A DNA stretch of 64,000 nt from Raillietiella orientalis (taxonomy: Eukaryota), in contig JAYWIR010000042.1 in assembly GCA_036172245.1 (NCBI GenBank), positions 310,001-374,000 of the forward strand, given 5' to 3'. Shown here piece after piece: positions 52,427 to 64,000 of the stretch. A program made the position numbers and the translations under genes. Position 1 is the stretch's first letter. Each line of letters opens with the position of its first letter. Below the pieces are notes generated by a model. It did not search any database. It worked only from the letters and a program-made list of their open reading frames with translations, and was not told the DNA's origin.

Positions 52427-55400
52427 AAATGCGAAACCATTTATGGTTGAGGATGACACTGAAGGAACTTATACCTTCTGATTTACTTGGCATTATGCAT
52501 AGTATGTATGAAAAAGTCTGAATTAACCGAGAAGTATTCGTTTTTTAGACAGACAGTGCATGAATCTCAAAGATCTACATGTTACCTTGCATGAATTAAG
52601 ATCATGCTACTCAGTCCTTGCTTTTTTTTTTTTTGATCTGCTTTTTTTGTTCTCTTTTGATCAGTTGTGGTTACATAAAAAAAATTGATAAAGAATACAT
52701 TCTGCTTTCATGTGCAGAGTACTGATGTTTGAATCTATTTGGTTTTACTGGTTTAAAATAAACATGTGATTGCAATATATTTGATCAAGTGCCCTGTGCA
52801 ATGTACTGCCTCCAGATTGCGCACTATTGAGGTTCGAAATTCCGTGATGTACTTTTGAAAGTAAGGAAAACATCCGATCAAACGATTTCAAAAGTGTAGT
52901 GCTGCATCAACGAAATGACCAGTACTTTGTTTGCATGATGGCTTTACGTGGAGCTTGTAACTGTTTCTCAATTTGATCAGCTTAGAATGTGTCGTTACTG
53001 TATGCAACTTCAGCCTTTGCTTTCCAAACATTTTACTTCCCAGGCTCCCAAATAACATAGAATTACCAGACACCGAAACTGATGCGCGCGGACGGATTTG
53101 AATGAAATTGTTAGGATTTTTCATACTGTTCGCGCGAGTAGCCGTTTGTAAGTGCTTTTCTAGCAGATGCTTGACACACACCTTTTTGTTTTGCGTATGT
53201 TGTTCTGTTGTGCAGCCTTTGGTCAAAAAAAAAATAATCATCCTACTTCAAAGTAATGGAACTCCTGGAGACGCTGGACATTACGTCTCGCTCGGTTTTA
53301 ATCAGTAATGAGAACAAAATGGGATGCCATGCTTTATCAAACAATTCTGTGCCCACTAGAAATTGCAAGGTGTCTGTTACCGTGTAATGGAATAAAGAAG
53401 TTGCGACCAGCAGCTTTTTGTCTTTTTTTTTTTTTTTTTTCATTATTTATTTATGCATTTATTTCTGGTTTTCTGGATTTCTTTGGAATCCAGAGTACCA
53501 AAATCCTTGGGATATTTAGTTGAATCTACCGCACATTTGCAATTTTGCTCTGACTATAATGGGCCATTCTGCGTTTCTACAACGGAAACATCAATTGTAC
53601 CGATTGCTAATTCGTTGCTAAAACAGGAAAAGTTCTTTTTATTAAAAAGCGACAAGAAACTGCTCGTGGGCACATAGCATTATTTCATTAATGGATGAAA
53701 TCTTCATGCGGGGTGGTTAAAAGGACAATACATTCAAAAATTTTAAATTTGACCAAATTTAATACATGCACTTCCTACTTATACTAAATTTGTTTAAACT
53801 TGAAATCTGAGCACACACACTTCCAAGCAGTTGATCAAAAAGACCCTTTTTTTCAAAAATGAATGAGAGCAGCGCGTGATAGCTAACGATATGGGTATAA
53901 CAACGAATAGTTCCTATTTTCTACAATTTATGGGTAATAATGTTATAAACAGATTGTAATAAGGCGGATTTCCGTCTTATCGGGGATGAACAGATTCGAA
54001 AATATAAGATCATTAGGACTTTGGGGTAAAAGCAACCATCGAAAATCATTGCATGTACACACAATGTTTGTTTTCCATTCCTGCGTTATACCGTGTAAGG
54101 TTACTGTACATATATGCAGTTGTCGTTAGTTTCTCATTTCACAAAATTGTTTCGCGTTTTTCTCTTTAAAATATTTTTGCAAATTTTTAGAAAATTTTGT
54201 TTTGTAAACTTCAAACTCAAAAATAAGCAACTCTGTTGGATTCATAAGCCCTGATTTTATTGACCATTAAGGAAATCATGCATACTGATGTAGCATCAAA
54301 GCATTTGATCAATTTCAGTGAAGGACATGAGACTTATTCCAAGCAAACAAAATCCGACCTTTCAAATTCAAAGACAGAATACGGATTGATTGGAACAATT
54401 AAATTTCAATTCTGCTCTGTACAGACTGGATGGATCATAGCTTCGTGCTACCTATGCACACAAATCCAGAAATGACGTGCTCTAATAGATGGAAACTGCA
54501 AAAAGGAAAACTGTTTAGTCTATAAGGTCTGAAAGCATTCAAGCTGCTAGATGACGTCATAAATGGCAAGAAAATAATGCCTGTGTATTCTATGCTTTTT
54601 GTCTCTTAAGAAAAGCAGAAAGGATCATTGGTAGCGTATTTGAATGATTTTATAGGGCATGCTTTTTGTTACTAGTGAGCTTCGAAATGATGGTTTTTCA
54701 TATTCTTTTTGTGCTAAGTTTGCATATCATGCATAATCATGTTATATACATCATTAAGTAGCCGGTTGTACACCGAGTAGCTTTGTGCAAGTATTTGGAG
54801 TGCACTCAAGGTGTCTCCTGTGTAGTGAATGGAATTCATTGCATTTACTTATCTAGATTAATATTTCTTCAATCTCAGTGTAGAAATATGTACCCTTACT
54901 TTCGAAAGTGAGAACATTTCCTTTGAGTAAAGTCGCCATTGTCATTAAGCTCAATTTCTAAAGGAAAACAAACATCTATTTCCATTACAATTGTTTCACT
55001 CTTTCGAATTAATAATCCTTCTAATATAACTGCTGTTTTCAAGATTCTAAAGTGTTACGTTTCATTTTGCAGTAGTTGACATTTTTGTTATGAATCTATG
55101 AACGAAATGTGCTGAATACTTTCAGATCGATCCACCGCACTGGATCTCTTAAATTACTTTGGAAGCTGGAAGAGAATATCTTGGAATTTGAGTTTGAAAC
55201 ACTGAAGTAACAGTTTTTACATTACCTCTCAATGTCCTTAAGGCGTTTTCAAATTCTGAAAAATTCTCCTTACATACTTACACTTACAGTCTGAAATATT
55301 CTCCTTACATAAAATCTGCCGTAGTCAAGAGAAAGATTTACAATGGATAATCGAAGTGCAAAAGATTTTGTGTTTCGTTTTTTGGTTTCTCATGTAGGGT

Positions 55401-56368
55401 TCGGCCATTTTTGAAAAAACTCTACAGTGTATCATACTAAATTGCCTCATGATCTGAATTTATCTAATACCATCGCTAGTCTGTATCAGTGATTACCCTT
55501 TTTTGCCCGATATAGTGTATTGATAGGACATGGTTCTTGCAGAGGTGCTGCTTTTTCTATTGTACAAAACTGGCAATTTATGCCCAGTTTATCGGTGTTT
55601 TGTTGCCCTTTTTAAAAGAAAGTTTAACTTTGAAAAAAACAAATCACAGTGTGGGAGAAAGTGCTCCAAAACATTCTCCGCAGCGTCATTCTGTATTGCG
55701 CTTGCGAGGAAGAAAACATTTGCACAATGAATAACTGCAAACATATCCATTTAATTTTCTGGAATGTAAAGCTAAAAATTTTCATTAACTCTCAATGAAC
55801 ACGAAAAGCAAAACTTGAAATTTTGCATTAGTTTACTTTTAATCTTTTTTATGCAGCACACATCCCTTCAAAGTTCTTTTGTTTTGCAAAAGCCTTTGAC
55901 ATCAAAATATGTAGAATTTTCCTGGTCTTATGAAAGAGGAAATGACGTAATATGCGTAAAAGTAAATGAATTGAAATCAACTTGTTTCGATTTGGATGCT
56001 AGGATCTGTGCTTCTGGTTTTTCATCACAATTTTTCACAGTTAAGATTTTAGCTGTAAGCATACCATTGGCAATTCAAACAAAAGCTCACATTCACACTG
56101 AAAACTTTGCATAACAAGGCACCTAGCACGAGCCTAACTCACTTTTTACCCCTATTTATTTAAAATACCTTTTTCCAAAGTGTTTATTCCCCTTCTATTG
56201 CCTGAGTACCACAAAATGTCTAGTAATGAATTTCAGAGTCACTTTAAGGCAGGCAAATGCATTTGTTGCGACAGATACAAATTATTATTAAACTGGAGCA
56301 TGCAAGCTGACTTAATGGAACTAAGATTCATTTATCTTATAGGTACATCAAGGAGCTTCAATGCCTGT

Positions 56369-57397
56369 TCAGTGTCGTGCTTTCAAGATTCTCAGAATCT
56401 TCTTTCTGGCTTGATTTCTAGCTTTTATCCAATATATCAGTGTATTGGGATCCATCTCTTGAGAGGGGATGGGAGGCCCTGGACAAAAGAAGGTCTCATA
56501 AAATAACCAACCTTAAGATCTCTTGGTTCTGGACTTCAATTTGTAAGAAAACAAATGCTACCAATATTTAACTTCCACAGCCAATCTGGATACTCGCTAT
56601 CAGATTTCAGTTTTACATCTTCTCCATCAACAAAATAACAAGAGCCACAACAGTATTCTGCTAAACGTACAGGATCACTTTCAACCGGATGTTGAAATTT
56701 AGCTGATGGCAGTGCACCTCTTGCAATCTTCCCCTGTGCACCTGCTACTCCACTTTCTAAAACATAGTGCTGTTTCAGGGATGTAAGACATTCATGTTTG
56801 AAATGTTAATTCCAATTTACTTTTCTGTGCAGTGTATTTGAAAACGAACTCAAAACTCCTGTAAACACTAACGATAAATAACTAACATTACTGGCAATGT
56901 TATGGAATTCAAATTATCAACACATACTGTTTAGGAAAATGATTTAAAAGGTTCTAACTTCTAACTTTGTACTTGTACAAACTATGTGCTTAAAATTACT
57001 CCAGCTCTGTTGAATTTTAATAAAATCATCACTACATACCCTTTGTAAGTAAGAAAATAATTATCATGCAAAGATAAATTTACTGGCTAACAAAAACTAA
57101 GGGCAAAGGACCGCAAACAACTTTCAGATTTGAAAAATTGGGAGTTTTTCTTCTCTAAATGGCTACTTTATAGCAATGTGTTCCAAACTTATTTTCCGTG
57201 TCCATCATTTTACATTATAGTAGCAACGCATTTCACATGGAAATTTCAAATATCCGCTTTGAATGGTCTTTTGCAAAATCGGACCCCGAATTCTTACCTA
57301 CTGAAACTTTTCTAGCATACGATACACGTTGAAGGATGAGACGACTGTTATTCCATGCAAAGATCTTTCTACATAAGTAAGCATTTAGTGAGTTCAT
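56369..57397 (-). CDS. MRPL54: Mitochondrial ribosomal protein L54 (mL54), 3 exons, 134 aa
   Basis: Exons 57397-57298 (MNSLNAYLCRKIFAWNNSRLILQRVSYARK, resembling a targeting peptide), 56756-56562 (PVESDPVRLAEYCCGSCYFVDGEDVKLKSDSEYPDWLWKLN) and 56478-56369 (GPPIPSQEMDPNTLIYWIKAR...*) are phase-consistent. DSEYPDWLW is the family signature. Confidence 0.93.
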
Positions 57398-58493
57398 TTG
57401 GGGAAGTCTTCATGAAAATGGCACGACAAACTGCTAGCTCAGAACATGTTGAAACTTTGCAAATGCGATCTGTCTCCTTGACGTACTATATTTTTTTCAT
57501 TTGATTGTATGATTCAGCCTAATCCTTCAAGTTTTCGATTATAAATGTTCAAACGATTGCTGTTAAGTATGATTACACCAAAACTAACAAACACGCAGCA
57601 CACTACACAGTAATTATCAGAGCAGGGTAATTATGGTACATACGCTAACCTCTAGCAAAAGTATTCATTTGTTATGGATTAATGTGTAATTAGAGGCAAG
57701 TTGGGCATACAATTATGAATATTTCAATTTTACTTTACTTTTACTTCCACGAGCTTGTTAATGCTTCACTTATATCACTATCATGTATAGGATTGTGTTA
57801 AGTGTGGTTTTTGAGTTCTGTGAAAGAACTACCTGCAGCTTAAACCGACTCAATGAAGGGAGTCTGCTCATGATTGGGAATTATTTATTGAAGTCGTTTA
57901 ATTACTACACTTAACCAGAGAAGAGGACTGAACATTCTGGTTACCATTTTTAGATTCAGTTTTAGATTCAGAATTTCAAGCTTATATTTGTGAAGAAATT
58001 TCATTAAATAGATTGCATTAATTTCCATTAATCCCTCTTTGTAAGCGAGGGGGGATATTCATTAAGTAATTCAAATTTCTCAATATTTCCAAAATTAATT
58101 CTTCCGTATAATCATCTCGGAATTATTTAAAACAATTTTTTGAGCCCCTGAAAATTCGCCTTCCTGATATAAAAAGTCCGACTACTGCAATGCTGGAAGC
58201 TCATTCCTAAAATCTCGTTCCTGAATCTACAAGAGACTGTTTTTTCCATTTCCAGCAGTTTCTTCTGAAAACAAAAAGATTGTCGGTGGTAACAGTTGTC
58301 AGACTGACTGGATAGTTATGGATAGTGTACACATGTGTCATTGTTTTTTGGGTACGTAATGAAAATATGATTCTTCCGATTTAATAAAAAAAGAGTAGAA
58401 TTGAACACAACGGTCCAACAGTGCAGTATTCAATACTTATCATGAATTTTTGTAGATAATTGGGAGGATACTATTGGTTGCAGATCTATGATA

Positions 58494-58494
58494 A

Positions 58495-58526
<32 letters not shown>

Positions 58527-58527
58527 T
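58494..58527. repeat. (TA)n microsatellite
   Basis: Near-perfect TA run. Confidence 0.9.
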
Positions 58528-61285
58528 GGTCCCCTATGCTCTACACTTCTCAAGTGACATATTTGGAACATACATTAGTTTGCAACTGAAGTCATTACCT
58601 AGAATATGCATTTGAGAGATCTGTGCTAAATGCCGACTCTTTTTCTACTCTCAAAAAAGTTGTACTGGAAGCTAACTGTTTCTTAAAGACTCATTTCACT
58701 TAAACGAGGTACTCACATGAACCTTTAGGATCATTACCTTTTGGCGACTTTTCAGACAAATGAACAGCATACCAAAAGTTAGGAACCTGTAGAATATCAA
58801 CTTTTCTAATTCTTGCTTACAGCACTAATTGCTTTGCAGACAGCAAATAAAAGAATAATCAGAAATCGTCGGTTTCACTTACGGTGGTAAAAATTGCTGA
58901 AGAACGCCAGCTGCATCGAACGGAAATAAAATCATTCTGCATCAGATTCAGGAAAAGTAAGCTGTTCAGGAAAACTGCCTATGCTATTTTCGGTAAAAAT
59001 TGCCATCATGCTGAATTCCAAGACTGCTGGTACATGATGATGATGTTTCATTGCTACCGAAAATTGTGGATGCCGGTGTTAAAAGACAAAAAGGTTTGCA
59101 AAGCGTAATTTAGAGTCCCATGAAAATACAGACAACAAGATTTCCATCACCTGAGTTTAAGCACAACACGTCCTTATAAGATGAACAGGATCAGAATAAA
59201 GCCCAGCATCTGCTCTGCAAGTTAGATGGCTTATAGTCCTGTTATAAGAGAGGAAGTAGACCGAAATTGATTTGCAAGGTAAATACAACGAATAGTTTGT
59301 CTCGATAAACTAAGTCTTGGCATCAAGGTCTAGGATATCAAGGCCATTTGGATGAGAGACCCGCAGATCAGTTGATGAGTAGACTTAATTTGCATTGCAT
59401 TATAGGAGCAAGTAGAATTAAATCGAAACACATTTCATGGATATTCTGATAGTGAGAAAGAAATCTTCGAGACTACAATGTTCCCATCTTACTGCAAATC
59501 GGCAAGTAACTTTTTGGTGATTTGCAGGAAAACAATCATTGAAAATACCTTAACTCACAGATATTCAAAAATATAGCGTAAAATATAAGTCTGCACTTCA
59601 GTTTGCACAAGTATTGCCATTGCTAAATAAGTTTTGTTGGATAAGGATAAAAGTATGTATACCTTTATGATTTCATCTTAGACATTACTTGTGATTTAGT
59701 TCAGAAATTCCTACTTCAATTTCTCCCAAACACTGCACAAAAGAAATTATGAATAATTTCCAATAAAGCTCTGCATAAGACTTTCACTAAAATTCTGAAT
59801 GGAAAGTCAACAAAATTCTACAGGAATTTCGACACATTATCAATAAAATTGAATGACGTTCTAATAGAATTGAAGAAAATGAAATCTGCATTCTTGTTTA
59901 CCAGTTACCTTGTTACCCACAGCTAAAGACTGTAAAGGCCATACAAACTCTAAAAAATAACACTGATAAAGGATACGATTCCTCCTTGGCAGCTGCTTCA
60001 AAGATCTCGTCAAGTAGGGTCAGGCAGAAGAAATATCATAGTTTTGGTCTTCTTCTAGCACAATCTAGCCCTGGAGGTTACTATTGTTCAGTTTCTGGGA
60101 TAGACAGCTACCTAAGATGAGGCTTCTAGTAAAGACAGTAAGACAGGAATGCTATGCTCTAAAGTGGAACTGGTGTCGGAGAGACTACTATCCTCTTTTG
60201 TAAGGAAACTGCTCGTGAAGACCTCTGCATTATCTGCAAATTAACTATTTGATCAAGTTTTCGTTGAAAAAAGCAAAAAACCCTAACGCGGTTTAAGCAA
60301 CCAAATAGTTGATAGGGGATCCTGGAAATACAATATAAGAAAGAAAAAAAACAAAATCGTCTCTAAGAGGATGTACAGAATAAAACGGGAAAGTTTCTGC
60401 CCATAAGTCAGTACTGCTCTTAGTTTAGGAAACACTAATGCGAGCATGTTGCTGTATAAAACATGGAATTCTTCATCTAGTTCATGATTTCAAAAATGTT
60501 TTCTAACATTTATTTTTGCTTCTTCCAAGAAGTCAAAATGGAAGAGTCATACTGTGCTAACCAAAATCATGTTAATAAAAAGAGCTTAATAAGTTATTAT
60601 AAAAGCAAGCTGTTACAAAAGAGCTTATAAAAATATAGAATGCTTAATCAATCTGGAGTTATGCTACTACCTGGTTTCTCTCCTTTAATCAGTGGATTAC
60701 CTTTCTTCATAATCAAAGAGAATTCTGAGAGTCAAATATTTCCTGGAAAGAACATAATAACACTAGTGAATGAGAGTCTATATTAAAATTTGCATGTGTA
60801 TTTGCTCATAGAAAATTGCAGCAAGATTCTCTTAAAAGCTAATAGAAGAAAACGAATATCTTGGAGATTCACCGCTATTTCTATTCCCAGTGTGTTTTTT
60901 CTGAATAAAATGATTCCATTTGAAGAAGTTTCGGAGTTTGCTTAATATTTTTCAGAGGGGAAAAAAACTTCTATAAGTGTTAGGAAATATGTCCTTAATG
61001 ATAAAAAGTTCAGGAGTCTTTTAATATGAAATTAAAAACCCCATGACTAAATGCCATTAGAAATCACCAACAAAATGAGAATCGTTCTCTATGTGCTTAT
61101 ATTCAATACGGCAACCGATTAAGCAAGATTGTACAAATCGTACAAACAGCGCCCATAGTTTCATGAAAATTTGTTGAGAACGATGAGCATCCCTGCAAAG
61201 TTGGCGATAAGCAGTCCAGAACGCATTGACAGCCTATAATAATCTGATGTGGAGGAATTAGTAGTCTTCATTAGCATAGCATAAT

Positions 61286-64000
61286 ATGAAACCACTTCGA
61301 GTCGATAATTGGGCAAGTTTTCTACTTCAGAGACTAAATACTTTGTACGAAAATGGTGAAGAATGCGATTTATTACTTTTGTTTACCACAGGGACAGCAA
61401 TCAAGGTGAATTTCTCAGTATATAAGTTATGTACACTTGAGGTGTAGGTTGCCGAATGAATATTTGTGACACAGTCTAAAAAACAAACGTGAAAAAGGAA
61501 GTTATTGCTTAGATAGACTTTAAGAGTGAAAAGTGCCATTTATTGCATAAATTTGCTGATTGTTTAAAATCAGCGTTGTCATATGATTGCCTTTTGATCT
61601 ATCTTTTTCAGTTGCAAATTCAAAACTATCGGCAATTCTCACAAATTGCAAACAAAATTATATTTGAGATAGCTGAAAGAATAAAGAATTCTGTAGTATA
61701 TTCCTTAGTTTATCTTGGTTTCTGTATTGATTTTTCAATGTTACATAATTTATCCAAAGTTGAAAAAGTATGTAGTTCTTAGGTATTACATGATACGAGA
61801 TTAAATTGTTTGTGCTTGCCAACTGTACTTATTCACACTATTCTTCATGGTTTTTCTCGTATAAATATTCAAAAGTTTTGATTTCTTGACAGTTTTTCTC
61901 ATATTCACTAATGCATTAGATATCTCATTTGCATGTAATAAACAAATGCAATACTTCATGAGTTCTTCATGAGTTACTTCATGATCATATGAGTTCAGTG
62001 AAATTCACAGAAAATTGTAAATCAGGAATTAAAACATTTGAATTTTTTCTTGTATTCTGCATTCCATTTGTTTATTGTCAATGAAATGTACAGTTGTAAA
62101 TAAATTTATAAATTGGGTAATTTTCATGCCTCAATCAGTGTTGTGTAATGATTTAAAAATTTTTGTCAAATATGATTGATGAGACAAGTAATGCATTACA
62201 GATTGCAAAAATTATCTTATGATTAGCAACTATGTTTTGTTCTCGGTCATCTGATGTAGCAGCTATCTTATATAAACAAAGTATGTATTTTGATATTTTA
62301 TTATTATTCATTGTGTAATGAACACTCTTTAACAGATTTTCTTGGGTGTTCTATCTATTTGAAATACTGAAAGTGCTGGGATGCTTGTAGCCAGCAATTT
62401 TTAAAATTGCATTATTCAAGTCGCTCTTTTTTTTCAAATACAATTTGGACTGTTGCTGAATTGTTGATATTTCCAACGAACCTGTGCTGATCATATGAAT
62501 TCTTGAAACTGAGTGCTTTGCTTTATTTTGTCATCATTCAGAAAAATTAGTTGTTTTAAGTTTCATTACCTCCACTGTGTATTGATGTAAAACTGGTTAA
62601 TTTTAATTATAAACATTTGTAATTAGGCTTTATCAACAGTCAGATTCCTAACTGATACTCTTGTGGATAATTTTGCTTATATAGAGAGTATTGCCCCATA
62701 TTGTAGCACAGTTGATGATCAGTGTAAGAATTGATAGTTTCCTTTAGTCATTGCATGACACATTTAAAGTTTAGATCAATTTGATAGTGAAATCAATAAT
62801 TTTTTATGTTATGCAGAAAACTGGATGAATTAATTTCAATGCCTAATTTGGTTTGATTGCTTTTTGATTATCTTTGATCCTAAATTAATGGGTCAAAAAA
62901 ATGCGAAGTTAAAAAAAAAGCTTTTGTAGGAAATTCTGTGAGTTGTGCTTTGTCCTTTTCTGATTATTTTCGCTTGAATGATGATTCAATGTTGCAAGGT
63001 GCACAGTCTGGTGGTGAATGCATGCACTAGCTTCTTCCAGTCCCTTCAACACAAACAAGAAAATGAGGACAAGATTACCGTGGTGCCATTACCAAGTTCT
63101 TTAGAAGAGAACATTTTGGAACCAATTGTGAGGTATTTATGAAAGAAGAAGTGCCAGCAGCTTCTTTCAGGTTCATGTATACTGGTATCCTGGAACTCTC
63201 TGAGTCTACTTTTGAGTTACTTTATGAGACAGCAGCTGTTCTTAAGATGAATTTGTTGACAAAATTGTTGGATGCTCGCAGAAACATGAGTGATGGTATT
63301 GCTACCAATGAACCTGTTGCTGAAGATTCCCATTCATTTGCTGCATCCAGGAATAGCATTCCAGAATTGAGGTATGCATTGTTCTAATAACTGTGCATTG
63401 AGTTTTTGATTAGACAGTCATCTTCTGTGGCTTTTTTGAAGGAGTTTATTGACACTCCAGGCTTATTACACTCTAGTGTTACAAGAGTAAATACCAGACA
63501 AAAAAAGAAGTACAGTAAGCCTACGGTTGATGGTGGATCAATTGATTGTAGTGACTCAGAGGACAAACAGCTAGCCAAAGTAAAATTCAATCTGGGATTT
63601 GATTTTAAATATCCCAACATTGACGAAAAACCTTCAGAAGATGAAGGGAAAAAACTCTCAGTTCTGTCAGGAAAGCAAAATCTCCAGTTTGAGTCAAAAA
63701 ATGAGATAACTACTGAAAGAAGTATTAATTCAGAGGATTCTAAGCTTAAGAAAGCTGAAAAGAGAATGCATACAGAAAATGAAAGTGATCTTCCTCATCC
63801 CACCAAATCTCCCTCCTTGCAAGAAGCATCAATCAGTGAAACCCACCAATCCTTTTTGTTTAATCAGACAGAACATCAAAAAATTTTAGCTGAAGTTATG
63901 AAAAAACATCCTGGACTGGCCAAGGACAGAGATCAGTTGCGATTAAAGATTGTGCAGCGGGCAGCCAGTAAAGATCAGATTCGCCTGGATCGTTCAAAGA
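61286..64000 (+). CDS. Cp190: CP190-like BTB/POZ insulator/centrosome-associated protein, 5' part (runs past the right edge)
   Basis: Exons 61286-61405 (MKPLRVDNWASFLLQRLN...CDLLLLF), 62999-63132 (VHSLVVNACTSFF...PIV), 63171-63371 (RFMYTGILEL...MNLLTKLLDA) and 63414-end (open, contains EHQKILAEVMKKHPGL..LRLKI). These match the Drosophila CP190 BTB (VDNWGVFFLQKL..CDLTLQF..KVHRLVL.AC) and the conserved HxKIIxEVLKKYPxL motif. Confidence 0.9.

Noticed and set aside
58450..58470. VDNWE as a possible CP190 first exon
   Set aside because: No BTB continuation. The real exon is at 61286-61405.
62170..62260. TGATGA...CTGA pair suggesting an intronic C/D snoRNA
   Set aside because: Weak terminal stem and no recognisable rRNA guide. 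Such boxes arise by chance in AT-rich DNA.
1..64000. CRISPR arrays, operons, rRNA genes, prokaryotic defence systems
   Set aside because: No repeat-spacer arrays or rRNA motifs were seen, and spliceosomal introns throughout show this is animal DNA.

Overview
Eukaryotic (animal) genomic DNA, most likely a pancrustacean arthropod given a clear CP190 orthologue. It is not prokaryotic, so most ORF-track entries are noise or exon fragments. Splicing by hand gave four complete multi-exon genes: DCAF12 (+, 10053-12128), a diacylglycerol lipase DAGL/inaE-like gene (-, 14 coding exons over 34 kb, 50827->17125), DRAM/TMEM150-like (+, 51096-52426) and MRPL54 (-, 57397->56369, largely absent from the ORF track). 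Two genes run off the window edges: a probable ATM kinase N-terminus (-, left edge) and CP190 (+, right edge). Genes sit in head-to-head and tail-to-tail pairs. The compact genes are AT-rich and CpG-poor with 38-54 nt introns, whereas the DAGL locus is GC/CpG-rich with large introns holding degraded mariner, hAT, LINE and Gypsy remnants. The most unusual observation is an inverted, intron-containing copy of the DAGL catalytic-serine exon lying just 3' of the DAGL stop codon, possibly inside its own 3'UTR, which would allow an intramolecular hairpin. I found no convincing wholly new biological system. All homology calls are from remembered family motifs, not database searches.
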